A DNA stretch of 59,791 nt, the filler included, from Squatina squatina (lineage: Eukaryota), in the NCBI GenBank assembly GCA_031763465.1. It is 4 parts of 4 records of this genome, joined end to end, with 100 filler letters (N's around TTAATTAATTAA, not from the genome) between each part and the next. Parts side by side here need not be neighbours in the genome. Positions count along the whole stretch, not along the records: positions 1 to 15,445 come from JARFOE010000073.1; 3 more parts are not named here. One strand, written 5' to 3'. Position numbers and translations under genes: made by a program. The first letter of the stretch is position 1. Every line of letters starts with the position of its first letter. Positions 1 through 12,492 of the stretch are shown one piece after another. The notes beneath the pieces are model-generated. The model had not been told where the DNA came from. It made no database searches and saw only the letters and a program-made list of their open reading frames with translations.

Positions 1-329
1 TTACCAATTACCAGGGGAACATAATCCCTGTAGTTTATAATCTGTCAGAGAGAAGTCAGAAAGTAATTATTAAACATTTTGTAAGTGACATGTAAACAGC
101 TTTCGTCATTAAAGTAGTGACCACAGATCCATTATCTTTAATTTCTCTCCCAACAATTTTTCTTTTCTTTTCTCACTATAATGCCACATCCTGTGCTCCC
201 AAATGGGAGGCACACTGGAACGAGCATGGGTTTGATATAGGGCTGCAACATTGCAGCCCTAATTCTTAGAACTGTACTGCAGCTGGGAGTATGGGGTTAT
301 GGAACTACACCTAATATCTCATCATCTCT

Positions 330-612
330 CCCAATTTTGCAATTTCCTCCAGCTAAACATTGGCAAGACTGAAACCATCATCCTGCCACAAACTTCACAC
401 CCTTGCCCACAAGTCCAACCTCCCTCACTGGCCAGTGTCTCAAGCTGGACCAAACTGTTCACAGCCTTGGCGTCCTATTCGACCCTGAGCTGAGCTTTCA
501 ACCCCATATGCTCTCCATCACATAGCTTCTGTAACGTTGCCTGCCTCTGCTCCTACCTCAGCTCATCTTACACTGATAGCCGGTTCCTTGCCTATGTCAG
601 CTCCAGACCTGT
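330..612 (+). mobile_element. L2-clade LINE reverse transcriptase fragment (degenerate)
   Basis: ORF 299-493 contains NFLQLNIGKTETII, typical of the L2 RT C-terminal region; frameshifted and cut by a gap. Confidence 0.65.
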
Positions 613-3600
613 NNNNNNNNNNNNNNNNNNNNNNNNNNNNNNNNNNNNNNNNNNNNNNNNNNNNNNNNNNNNNNNNNNNNNNNNNNNNNNNNNNNNNNNN
701 NNNNNNNNNNNNTAGGTATTTTGTGAGGCTCTCTGACAGTAGAAGCAAAGTGGATTCGTCTGTCTCTCAGTTTGAGATGGGCTGTGTGCATTCATGCTTC
801 TGGATGTTATGTTGCATTTATACAAATATTTCTTCTGTGGGAAACTTCATTCAAAAATCAATTCATTCTGAGCCATAGAATGGCAGAACTATAAACAAAG
901 GTAGCTCCTCAAGCCAACATGAGCTGTAGATATAAAATCACCATTACTGAATGAGAGTGCACTGTTCTTTATTGTGTATCTTGCAAGTTTCCAAATAATC
1001 AAGGTTTCAATTTCCATACAATTAAGTTTTTACAGAAACAACCTTTTCGAAAGGATAGTTCTAACAATCCGTTTCCCACTGGATTAACCTACTGGGTTCT
1101 TATTAAGCTGCTGACCCAGCCTCTTTACAATTGCTCATTCATAATATTCAGAATGTGAATTACAGACATTTTGTAATTTGACAGGTACTGATCAGTCCCT
1201 TTATACCCACATTATTAATTGGCCCTAATCAAAATTTTGAATGACAGGTTAATTGAGAATGTTTTAAATCAGACAAATCCAGACATGAAATGAATATAAA
1301 CAGGAGAGATTTTCTTCAGTGTTTTACCTTTCCCAGAATTGGTTACTAGTAACACGGAGCAACAGTCTGCAGGCAGACATTGAAGGTGCAGAGCAGAGAA
1401 GGGCAGGACCCACAGCAATCAGTGCTGCCAATGGGATCCCATAGAGTCAGGACAAGACCCACAGTCATTGATCTAACTTTAAACTCTTGATTAACCTGCT
1501 GATGGGGCATTTGTCACAGTGTAAATCTAGACATTGTACATCCATTAATTAAATTTTTTTGGATAGGAGTAGCCATGAAGGAGAGTTCTCGTTGGCCAAG
1601 AGCTGTCACATAGCCTCTGTCAAAGCTGCTGCTGTGAAGCTCGTTCGATGGCGGGTCACAACAGAAAATACATAAAAATGGACAGTCATACATGAGAGTG
1701 GATCCATAGCTCAATGAGCATAATGAATTCAAATGAGAGCTTTTCTTTCTAATGTTTAACAGCAGTTGGGGTTTAAACCCCTCAGAATCACTGCCTACTA
1801 ACAATGTTCAGTTATTGGCAACATAGGATTGAGGCTGTGGATTCAGAGAGTCTGATTATAGTAGATACAATGACTGACCATTGTGTCCTTATCAACATTA
1901 AGGTCTCAGTTCACCCCAAATGATCAGCTGCTTATACTTCCCTCATGCCCTATTCATCTATACNNNNNNNNNNNNNNNNNNNNNNNNNNNNNNNNNNNNN
2001 NNNNNNNNNNNNNNNNNNNNNNNNNNNNNNNNNNNNNNNNNNNNNNNNNNNNNNNNNNNNNNNTGGCAGAAAATTCAATATTCTAACTACCTTCTGTGTA
2101 AAGAATTTTTTCTAATTTCCTCTGAAACTCTTTGTGTGATTATTTTAAATATGTGCTCTCATTAATATATCACTGACCAGTGGAAACAAGCTACCACTGT
2201 TTACCTCATAACTCTTTGTAATCTGGAAGACCTAAATCATGTCAATTTTTAACCTTTTCAGCTTCACTAAAAATAAAGTCTAGTCTCTGGATACAAAAAC
2301 CCAGAGATTCACCTTTCATTTCATTCTGAAGCAAAGATAGTCAAGACAACAATTGCTAAATGTTAATCATAGTAAAATATGACTAATGACCTGATCCAGA
2401 GCTAATCAATCAGGCCAGGACTAGTTTACATGGACAGTTTCTGGCGGGCAAGGCCTATGTTTTCTTGCCCCACCAGTCACGATGTTGACTTCCAGCGGGT
2501 TATCATGCCCTCAATCAGGCAAAGCTGTGGCTGATTAGATCTGAATCTGCTGAGACATTGTGCAAAGTCTCCTGACCAAAACTATATCTCTTAGTTCCAT
2601 TGAATGTACAGTGTGTGACTTGGATGGACCTTTTTAATTGCTCCTGTAGGCAGTTTGTGTAAAATATATGGTATGTAAGCTGGTTATCATGCCCTCCATC
2701 AGATGGAGCTGTGATGGTATAGATTGCTCAGTAACTGTGCTTTTAACACTAATTCATTAACTTGCTGGAAAGCTCACATGAGCTAACGCAGGAACAGGTG
2801 ACCTCTATGAGATGCAGCAACATCAAAGTACAGTGTATTCTCCCACAATGTGTACTTATTCGTGTTTGGACTCTTTCACACATAAGGGAGCCAGGAACGT
2901 TTNNNNNNNNNNNNNNNNNNNNNNNNNNNNNNNNNNNNNNNNNNNNNNNNNNNNNNNNNNNNNNNNNNNNNNNNNNNNNNNNNNNNNNNNNNNNNNNNNN
3001 NNTGTAACCCTCCCAGGTCTGAATTTCCACAACCTTTTTGAGGCACGTGGCTCCCCATGGGGTCGGGCCTCAGCTAATGTGGGCAGGTTCAGGTCAGGTC
3101 AAGCACACCTCACACTTCCCTCTTCCCCCTTTCCAGTGTCCAGATGTAGGGCGACAATGAAGGAACGGCGATACATTTCTAAGTCAGGATGTACTTATCT
3201 ATTGTACTTAGTAGTCACTTAATAGTAACTTTTTTTAATTAATCAATCATATTTGTAACGAGGCTTCTTTAACGTGTCAGTGCAAAGATCTCATTCAATC
3301 TATTTACTCCCTGAGGTTGTACTCAGAATGAGACAGATCTGAGGAATTGGGTCTCTTACCTGGAAGGGATCCATCAATCTGACACAGGAAAAACCCAGTG
3401 AGGAGCACGCCCAGGACCCAAACAAGCATCATTCTGAAAAAAGCAAACATATTCAGTACATGAGTCAGGCTGAGAGTTCAGAAAATTGAGTTGAAAATAA
3501 CAGAAATTTAGTTGATTTTGGAATTAAAATAATTAATTGAGAAACTTAAAAAAAACTGACTCTTCATTTCCAGTTCTAGGTGTCCTGACTCTAACTCTAA

Positions 3601-3773
3601 AACTAACCCCAAGTGTGAACACAGAATTTAAGCTCTTCAGATTCCTAGCATGAATGTCATTATTCCAGCTGTCACCCTAAATTCTAATATCGATATAACA
3701 AGGGCCTGCGGGTGGTCAGCGAGTGACCTACACAGCCCCCAGACTGGGAGCCAGACTGTCACTCACCTCAGGT

Positions 3774-3827
3774 TTTCAGAATCTCTCTGAACATGTTTCA
3801 GAATCTCTCTGAACATGTTTCAGAATC
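3774..3827. repeat. 22-bp tandem duplication (TTTCAGAATCTCTCTGAACATG x~2.5)
   Basis: Read directly from the sequence. Confidence 0.8.
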
Positions 3828-4533
3828 CCAGCCTTTTAAATAGCTTAGTCCCTCACGCAATTTGCATAATGTGGTCTCTTTCTGGCTTGTCACTTTACAT
3901 AGTGAGTTATATGGGTTTATACAATGCCAGGCACTGAGCGGAATCAATCGCTCAGTGTCACCAACTTTAGAGGGACCTTTCACTTGTAAAATAGCATATT
4001 ATCTAATTAAAGGCAACTCTAAATAATTCTAATTAAAAATAATAGCAGCATACCATAATATTAATAGCCAATGAAACATATAGTAATCCTATTCAAAGTG
4101 TGTTGCAAACTTTCGTGCCTCAAAATTGCTACCACAAAGATATCTGTGTCAGCTGAACTCTTCACACTTTATAAGAAAGAATGCAATGAGTCTGATGATG
4201 CAGTTAACCTAACCAATGCAATTGTTCCAAACACCTCTCTGTTTGTTAGTACTTGGTCAGTTGGTCTTTGATGGAGTGTTCTATTCATGCACCCTTTAAA
4301 CTTGGCACTACATGAAATGGAAATGTCCTGCTTTCCTGGATTACAAAAAGCCCTGCATGAAACTTTTAAATATAAGTAGCTCAGGTATAAATTGAGAAGT
4401 ATGGCTGATGTGACGGAATGTTGGGCGTTAGGTGCTGTGTGGAGTAGTGTCCAAGAAGTTGCTACAATTCCAGCTCACTTCACCTGCTTTTTCCTTAAGG
4501 CCAACATAAAAGTCTGCTTTAAGGAGCGTCTTA

Positions 4534-4670
4534 ATACTTACCAGCAGCCTCTGAGGAGTCAGAGCGTGGAGACAGAGGCTGCTGGTAAGTATAAAGCGCG
4601 GGGTTTGTTTACAGGCCCATTGAGAGTCGGGAGCGGAGACAGAGGCTGCCGGTAAGTATAAAGCGCGGTC
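4534..4670. repeat. 20-bp perfect inverted repeat plus ~45-bp direct repeat (probable LINE 5' UTR)
   Basis: 4534-4553 ATACTTACCAGCAGCCTCTG is the reverse complement of 4573-4592. GGAGACAGAGGCTGCYGGTAAGTATAAAGCGCGG occurs at ~4568 and ~4635. Confidence 0.75.
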
Positions 4671-5182
4671 TGTTTTTGCCCATTTCATGGACAGAGGGCA
4701 GCATTCCAGAGCCACGTCACATTTCAAAAAGTGACGCGGACAGGAGAGGGCAGCTGATTGGTGAGTATTTAAACTGTTTAGCTGGTGGTGAAGGTTAATA
4801 GTTAATAACGTGTAGATGATCTTCAGTTTTCAGCTATAGTTTCTAAGGCCTCTTGAGTAGCGGGGAGTGCGAAGGGCCCTTAAGTAATTAATCATCAGTG
4901 GNNNNNNNNNNNNNNNNNNNNNNNNNNNNNNNNNNNNNNNNNNNNNNNNNNNNNNNNNNNNNNNNNNNNNNNNNNNNNNNNNNNNNNNNNNNNNNNNNNN
5001 NGACCTAAGCAGTGTCTGTGTGTGGGAGAAGAGCAGCTTTAAGCAATGAAGTGGGCTGTTAGGTAGTTGGAAGCAGTTCAGCCAACTGAGGTGAAATTCG
5101 GCGCTTAGCACTAGAAACGCAAAAATTGCGAATTGCGTGACCTTTATGTCCCCCTCGCAGCTTACTTTCCCCTTCGCCCTGC

Positions 5183-5247
5183 CATCTTTGTATTGTCAGC
5201 AAACTTGGATATAGTACACTCGATTCTCTCATTTAAGTCATTGATCA
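5183..5247 (-). mobile_element. CR1 LINE RT fragment
   Basis: Minus strand reads INDLNERIECTISKFADNTK, a decayed CR1 FADD motif. Confidence 0.6.
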
Positions 5248-5370
5248 GTGTGTGCGGCCTGTAGCACTGAGCTGTTTATTGTAACACGGTGTCAGTGCAC
5301 CTTGAGTTTATATTCATGAGCTGAATTCCTGACTGTTATCTCCATCTAATCTGAGCCTCTCCTCTTCCAG

Positions 5371-5546
5371 CCAAAAAGAGCGGCTGAGCAAAAGATCCAT
5401 AAACCCAAGTGACCTACTGCGCTTCTTCAAGCAGCCTATGGCAGAGACCAGGATTGCAGTGCGATCTGCGGAGTACATGGAAACTGCACTGAGCCTCATC
5501 CAACGCAATGTCCACCGAATCCACAAACGCTCACTGAATGCATCAG
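5371..5546 (+). CDS. Heme peroxidase (MPO/EPX/LPO family), propeptide exon
   Basis: ttccag| ... |gtcagt; encodes QKERLSKRSINPSDLLRFFKQPMAETRIAVRSAEYMETALSLIQRNVHRIHKRSLNAS, matching the MPO propeptide ([21 protein letters not shown]). Missed by the ORF track. Confidence 0.92.
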
Positions 5547-6222
5547 GTCAGTTTAGAAGCAGATGAGGGAAACCCAGAGGAAACACTCACTCCTTTCGTC
5601 AGCCCAGTCTCCTTGTCTCATGAACACTGAGCTTTTTCTCAGATGGGTTGGTCCTGGATATTGCTGTGAATTTTCAGATGTGTAACAAACTAAGCCATGT
5701 GAAGATGAGTTCCACTCATAAAAGCAGGGGTGCAGGGGGTGGTGCAGACAGGGGCCAGGGTGGGGCTGAGACAGGGCAGGATAGCGCTGGTGATTGAACT
5801 CAGTATAATCGAGAGTTTCCTGTACTGCCCGACCTCGGAGAAAGTCGCCCAGCATTTTACTGATTTCTTCAGTTTAAGACTTGCCTTCATGTTTCAGATT
5901 CCTGACCTGATGCTCTGCTCATTAAGAACAGCCTGTTTATGAATAATTGGGTGGAGCAAAGATCAAACCAGCCAGTGCCACACAACACCAGGCCGTACTG
6001 CAGCTCAAACACACAATGTGGTGTGTAGTGAACATCTGCACTGCTACACCACCAGGACTTGGGGTTATTATCAACACTGACAGATGATTGGGGCAGGAAT
6101 TTACCAACTGTAACGGTTGGTGCTCCTGTTGCAACAGGAAGTGAGATTGTTGTTTAACTGGTGCAGCTTGTGTGTGAATTTGTCAGTGATTGGAACTGAG
6201 AATGAATGTATGTATCCTGCAG

Positions 6223-6355
6223 ATTTGCTAACAGCAAGTGACCTGGACACCATTGCACGCGTCACAGGCTGTCTAGCCATACGTCAGCCCCCAGTCTGTA
6301 AAGACGACTGTTGGTCAAACCGATACAGGACCTCCACCTCCGAGTGCAACAACAG
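6223..6355 (+). CDS. Heme peroxidase exon
   Basis: ctgcag| ... |gtagga; DLLTASDLDTIARVTGCLAIRQPPVCKDDCWSNRYRTSTSECNNR (family motif YRT.TG.CNN); phases fit both neighbours. Confidence 0.93.
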
Positions 6356-7918
6356 GTAGGAACTGATGAGGTTGGTGAGCACTGTCTACTCCACTTCGGC
6401 GATTAAATGCTAAACAAATATAGCCATTCACTAAATGCTTCTATCTTCATTCTGATTAATATTTATTAATGGTAAAGTGTGGGCCGTGTCCACAGAAGAA
6501 TTCAGTCAATTCTGTTTGAAGAATCCAGTGAAAAAAGACCCATGTCCACTCCTGATTAAATAAAGTGAGTGTGTTCCAGTCTCTGTGGGACATTGTCAAC
6601 ATCTTTTTATCATGTGACAATTAGAATATCGTCCAGGCTTCCAGACACAAATGAAGGTTGACCTGAGTCCTAAATAATGAACGAAGGATGGGCTAGGATC
6701 CTTAATGACGGTAGGATTAACCCCAGTGCCGAAAGATCGACCAAGGACCCAAATGCTAGAAGAATCGATTAAAAGCTTGACCTCACTATCTTGTCTGATC
6801 TCAGATGGAAGTCTGACAATTCCTCCATTACTGAAGCTGCTTTTACAAAGCATGGCTTCCACCTTTGTGCCAAACAGTTATTTTTAACTCAAAAATTCTT
6901 AACTTTGTATAAAACCTAAGTTTGTAAGATACTTGGGAAAGCTCTTCCAGGACCTCTCACACTCCTGAACAAGGAAAAGATTGTCGTCTAATTGGTGTCC
7001 CTTCCCTCACTACTAGGTTTGAACATCAGTCTGTCTCATAACCTTTTCAGCCTTTCTTATTTTATCAATACAACGGTCAACGATCCTTTAACCTTTCCTC
7101 TTGTTCTTTCTGAGCTCCAAATACATCATCCACACAGTCTTCCTCCTCAGTGTGTTGAAATCCAGACTCAGTCATTTACTCTAACATATTCTTTTTCCCC
7201 TCAAAGTTATGGAAGCCCTTACCTTTCTCCTTTTTATATAATCTACAGGCTTTCAAAATCTAAGTTTGACATCAGTAGATGACGATTTCTTGATTCCTCT
7301 CATCCTCTTTCCTATTCTTTTCACCCTTGGTGAATATCGTCTTGCAGGCCTTGGTCCTTCACTTGGGATTCACAATAATAATAAAAATCAAGTTCACTGT
7401 TGAAGCATTTTCAATATTTGGGAATTTTAATGTCTCAGAAAAACAATAAATGAGTTGAAGTTTCAGGCAAGACCATCAGACGAATTTGATCGAGGCTCAT
7501 TTCTGTTACTGTCTAAACTATCAGGTTTGGACGCGGGTGGAAAACGTGCAGTTGCAGATCGGTCTCCCATTACACAACCTACCCGATTCTCCTTTCCATT
7601 GAAGTCAATGAAAAGCAAAATAAGATGAGGTGTATAACAGTGCCCAAATTGAAAATTAGCCCCAGGGTGTTTACACCAGGGGTAATAATTATTTCCCAAT
7701 TTTAATTAATTCCACTTTTATTAATTAAGTTAAGTGAAAGGGACACCTCCTGCAGAAAACTTCCAGCTGCCATTCTGTGAAGCTGAAATTCAAATGTTAC
7801 TGTCAGTCCTGCGCTTATAGAAATGTCACTTGTGTGAGTTTTATTCAGACTTAGTTATATTTTTGGGTCGGGTTCATTGGGGAAAAATAAATCAATGTTC
7901 TGTTTTCCTGATTTCCAG

Positions 7919-8048
7919 GAGGAAGCCTCGCCTGGGAGCGTCCAATACAGCGCTCGCCCGATGGCTCCCAGCTCGCTATGAGGATGGAATTTCAACTCCA
8001 CTGGGCTGGACTCCAAACAAATTACATTCTGGATTCCGTCTGCCGCTG
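7919..8048 (+). CDS. Heme peroxidase exon
   Basis: ttccag| ... |gtaact; [43 protein letters not shown] (GASN...RWLPA.YEDG...P.GW). Confidence 0.94.
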
Positions 8049-8070
8049 GTAACTGTTCACACATCAGACA

Positions 8071-8722
8071 GAAACAAGTTTTGGTCTCCGTACCTAAGGA
8101 AGGATATACTTAGTGGCAGTGCAAAGAAAGTTTACTCGATCGATTCCTGGGATCAGAGGGTTGTCCTATGCAGAGAGATTGAGTAGAATGGGTGTATACT
8201 CTCCGGAGTTTCGAAGAATGAGAGGGGATCTCATTGAAACATATAATATAATGAGAGGGTAGATGCTGAGGGACTGTTTCCCGCTGACTGGAGAGTCTAG
8301 AACAAGGGGGCATAGATTCATGATCAGGGGTCGGATATTGAGGACTGAGAAGAGTGAATCTTTGGAATTCTTTACTGAATGCTCATTCATTGAGCATATT
8401 GAAGGCTGAGATCGATAGATTTTTGAATGCGAAGGGAATCAAGGGGTATGGGGATCAGGCAGGAATGTGGAATCATAGAATCATTGAAATTTACAGCACG
8501 GAAGGAGGCCATTCGGCCTATCATGTCCGTACCGGCCGACAAAGAGCTTTCCAGCCTAATCCCACTTTCCGGCTCTTGGTCTGTAGCCCTGTAGGCCACA
8601 GCACTTCAAGTGCACACCCAAGTACTTTTTTTTTAAGTAGAAGATCAGCCATGATCATATTAAATGGCGGAGCAGGCTCGAGGTACTGTATGACCTACTC
8701 GTCCACCTATTTCTTATGTTCA
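8071..8722 (+). mobile_element. CR1 LINE 3' end with a nested antisense CR1 3' tail (~8471-8637)
   Basis: [11 protein letters not shown] and RMRGDLIETY-type RT C-terminus, 3' tail ...TTCTTATGTTC; the internal block starting ATCATAGAATCAT is a reversed CR1 tail. Confidence 0.8.
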
Positions 8723-9252
8723 TAGAAACAAATCAGTGACTGTGGTGAGAAAAGAGGTTTCTGATTAGCTGTCAACTGCACTGAGCCCCACGATACTGGG
8801 GGATGGCAGTGAGTTACATTAGTACAGTGTCCTTTCACCGAGGGCTAAACCCAGCCCAGTCAGATAGGGTGAAGCCCTCTGCTCTCTTTTCATCCTATAA
8901 CATTCCTTTATGGGTTATCTTTGCACAGAGTTCTGAGTGGGTGCATAGCATAAAAGAGCTCCTGAATGTAGTGGCAATTGGTTGCAAGTTGGCAGCCTCA
9001 CTTGGAAAGGCTGCAATGCTGATTGGAGTATGAAATAACCAATAGGTGAGACAGGATAAAAAACATCTCCATATCCAATTGGGTATCTCTGGAGCTGCAC
9101 TGTTCTTTGTTGTGTTAAGATGTCTTCAGCCTTACTCAGTGTCCTCTAAGTGCTGACATGTCACAGACAGGCAGGTGAGAGTGCAGCAAAGATGGGTCAA
9201 TGTTGGATAGCCTTGCCTTGATTGTATTGAATGTTTTACACTCCTGCTTCAG

Positions 9253-9453
9253 GTCCGAGCAGTTTCCAACAGAATTTTGAGAACATCCAACGTGCGCTCG
9301 GACTCAGAAACGAGTCATTTGTTTATGCAGTGGGGTCAGTGGATTGATCACGACATGAGTTTAAGCCCTGTATCTGGCAGCCTTCAAACCTTCAATGATG
9401 GCATCAACTGTGAAACCACTTGTGTTCAGCAAAGTCCTTGTTTTCCAATTAAG
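9253..9453 (+). CDS. Heme peroxidase exon with distal His (QWGQWIDHD)
   Basis: cttcag|VRAVSNRILRTSNVRSDSETSHLFMQWGQWIDHDMSLSP...CETTCVQQSPCFPIK. The homologous donor position reads GA, not GT (see findings). Confidence 0.93.
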
Positions 9454-11759
9454 GACACTTCAGTCATGAAACAGTACTGAAATTCTGACACTGAATACAC
9501 ATATGAGCCAAGAGACCTTGCTTTGGGCACAGTCAGCGATCCGGGTGCAAATTGCACTCAAAATTGCACTAGTTTTGTGAAGTGAATCTTTTGNNNNNNN
9601 NNNNNNNNNNNNNNNNNNNNNNNNNNNNNNNNNNNNNNNNNNNNNNNNNNNNNNNNNNNNNNNNNNNNNNNNNNNNNNNNNNNNNNNNNNNNNNNNNNNN
9701 NNNNNNNNNNNNNNNNNNNNNNNNNNNNNNNNNNNNNNNNNNNNNNNNNNNNNNNNNNNNNNNNNNNNNNNNNNNNNNNNNNNNNNNNNNNNNNNNNNNN
9801 NNNNNNNNNNNNNNNNNNNNNNNNNNNNNNNNNNNNNNNNNNNNNNNNNNNNNNNNNNNNNNNNNNNNNNNNNNNNNNNNNNNNNNNNNNNNNNNNNNNN
9901 NNNNNNNNNNNNNNNNNNNNNNNNNNNNNNNNNNNNNNNNNNNNNNNNNNNNNNNNNNNNNNNNNNNNNNNNNNNNNNNNNNNNNNNNNNNNNNNNNNNN
10001 NNNNNNNNNNNNNNNNNNNNNNNNNNNNNNNNNNNNNNNNNNNNNNNNNNNNNNNNNNNNNNNNNNNNNNNNNNNNNNNNNNNNNNNNNNNNNNNNNNNN
10101 NNNNNNNNNNNNNNNNNNNNNNNNNNNNNNNNNNNNNNNNNNNNNNNNNNNNNNNNNNNNNNNNNNNNNNNNNNNNNNNNNNNNNNNNNNNNNNNNNNNN
10201 NNNNNNNNNNNNNNNNNNNNNNNNNNNNNNNNNNNNNNNNNNNNNNNNNNNNNNNNNNNNNNNNNNNNNNNNNNNNNNNNNNNNNNNNNNNNNNNNNNNN
10301 NNNNNNNNNNNNNNNNNNNNNNNNNNNNNNNNNNNNNNNNNNNNNNNNNNNNNNNNNNNNNNNNNNNNNNNNNNNNNNNNNNNNNNNNNNNNNNNNNNNN
10401 NNNNNNNNNNNNNNNNNNNNNNNNNNNNNNNNNNNNNNNNNNNNNNNNNNNNNNNNNNNNNNNNNNNNNNNNNNNNNNNNNNNNNNNNNNNNNNNNNNNN
10501 NNNNNNNNNNNNNNNNNNNNNNNNNNNNNNNNNNNNNNNNNNNNNNNNNNNNNNNNNNNNNNNNNNNNNNGTGCATCTGGATTGGCCACAATTTTCGAGC
10601 AGATTCCTAGGGGTGTGTAATGCAGGCTAGGTCCCCTCATTGTCCACCCTAATCTGTGCTTCAGCCGATTATTCCATTTTCCATTCATAAAAGTGCATGG
10701 TGCACGTGACCACCAGTGCTCTCTGACTGACTACATCCGGATCTCGTGCACACCCTTGAACGGTGCATTGAAACTCTGTTTCAATTCTTCTTGGACAGTT
10801 TTAAAATAATCTGCAATCCAGCTGTGAGTTTCTATCTCTTCCCTTGCAGCTGCACCCTTTTTTTTTGTTCATCCCTCACTCTCTTCTATTTTCCTCTTGT
10901 GCGTTGAACACTTCTTTTCTCAAGTCCATCCAAGACTGGAACACTATTCCCCATCAGGGGTGGGGGAGGGGCGCAGGGGAGCAGCAGCAATTGCGGAGGG
11001 GAGGTGGTCAGCAACAGCAGCCTTCTTTGAATGTGGGATCGGGAGGAGCACCTGTGCTTCTCCTGGCTCCACATTCAGATAAGTATATTTTAAAAACTTA
11101 CCTTGTTTGCGGCTTAACAGTCAGTCCCTTTAAGCACAGCCTGGTAGGCCGCATGTAGGCCTGGTTTTCCTGAGTGCTGCTGGTGCTGGCTGCCTCAGGG
11201 CAGACCAACTATGCAGTGGGAGCATCAAACAGGCGTCGGGCCCCTTACTTGCATATGCAGTGGGTCTGGCTCCTGTTTCAGGTGTGGGCACTGGCCCAAT
11301 GCTTCCTCTAAGGGGCGCGGCCACACACCAATCTGGAGGGTCCGCGCAGACCGCTCACCAGCTGCTGCCACTGGAAATGTACTGCACAGCAAATTTCAAG
11401 GGACCGCGCACCAAAAAGAGGGAACTTTGCACAGCACACCGTTTTTTTTAGCCTTTATTAATATGGCGGGCAGTGCACATCTGGGTTGTAATTAACTCGC
11501 TTTCTGCTGAACCTATTAGAGGCTTAGTGCCTGAAAAACCAGAGCTGTGTGGCCGACTTTCTCACCCAATGACTGCTGACAGAGTTTCTTCCATTTACCA
11601 TCAGACTCTGTGTTCCACTGCTAAACCAGTTTACAGTCTAACCAGCTAACCCGCCACTAATCTGATGAGCCTTAATGTTCTTTATCTTTCTCCTGTAAGT
11701 GTTTGCAGAAGCATTTGTGACAAACTGTTTCTAAACATGTTTTGAACCCTTACTGACAG

Positions 11760-12114
11760 ATACCTCGAGGTGACCCCAGGATCAAGGATCGTAATGCATG
11801 TTTGCCTTTCTTCCGATCGGCTCCTGCGTGTGGCAGTGGTGAGCTGGGCTCGTTGTTTGGAGATGTTAACACTCGTCAGCAGGTCAATTCCCTCACCGCT
11901 TTCCTTGATATGAATGAAGTCTATGGCAGCACAGGGTGTCTGGCCAACAAACTCAGAAACCTCACCAATGAGCTTGGCCTTTTGGCTGTCAATGAAGAAT
12001 TCTCTGACAATGGACTAGAATATTTACCATTTAACTCCATTTCAAGCAACCTTTGTGGAAGAATGGAGGAAGGCTGTGTCACCAGTCAAAATTCAACTCC
12101 ATGTTTTATAGCTG
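11760..12114 (+). CDS. Heme peroxidase exon with Ca-binding loop
   Basis: tgacag| ... |gtgagt; IPRGDPRIKDRNACLPFFRSAPAC...RQQVNSLTAFLDMNEVYGS...LRNLTNELGLLAVN...PCFIAG. Confidence 0.95.
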
Positions 12115-12251
12115 GTGAGTAATGGCTGGATGAAGAAATCCTGCCACGTGTCACCTCCAAACGGCTCATTCCTTTCACATGCATGGCTGCACCCCTGCAG
12201 TTGTTTAAGACACATCCAAGGACCTTAAATTGAATGGTGTTAGGAGATATT

Positions 12252-12389
12252 GGCCTAAAAATTGGTGGACAGGTTAAAAACTGGCACCAAAGCATCCAAT
12301 ATGGCGAGCTGAGAACACATTCCATGCCAGAAGTGTGCCAGCTGCCATATTGGTAAAGGCAGAAAAACAGGCGTGCCAATTTCTAGGCT
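12252..12389. mobile_element. Short MITE with ~14-bp TIRs, ATT flanks
   Basis: GGCCTAAAAATTGG ... CCAATTTCTAGGCT, with ATT on both sides. Confidence 0.6.
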
Positions 12390-12392
12390 ATT

Positions 12393-12492
12393 GTCCCCTA
12401 AATTCCACAGTGATTCTACCGGTCTCTCACTATAACTCTGTTTTCAGCTGTTTAATGCTGTTTCTCAGGATCCCCTGTGGAATTTCAGGGCC
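12393..12492. mobile_element. Short MITE with ~18-bp TIRs, ATT flanks
   Basis: GTCCCCTAAATTCCACAG ... CTGTGGAATTTCAGGGCC, with ATT on both sides. Confidence 0.6.

Noticed and set aside
777-878. Possible peroxidase signal-peptide exon (MGCVHSCFWMLCC...)
   Set aside because: No convincing splice donor or homology; the first exons could not be located.
2498-2725. Degenerate ~45-bp direct repeat (GGTTATCATGCCCTC...)
   Set aside because: Only two diverged copies; no function supportable.
9558-10688. ORFs of 340-376 aa (similar 214-265 aa ORFs at 51011-51827)
   Set aside because: Almost entirely N-gap.
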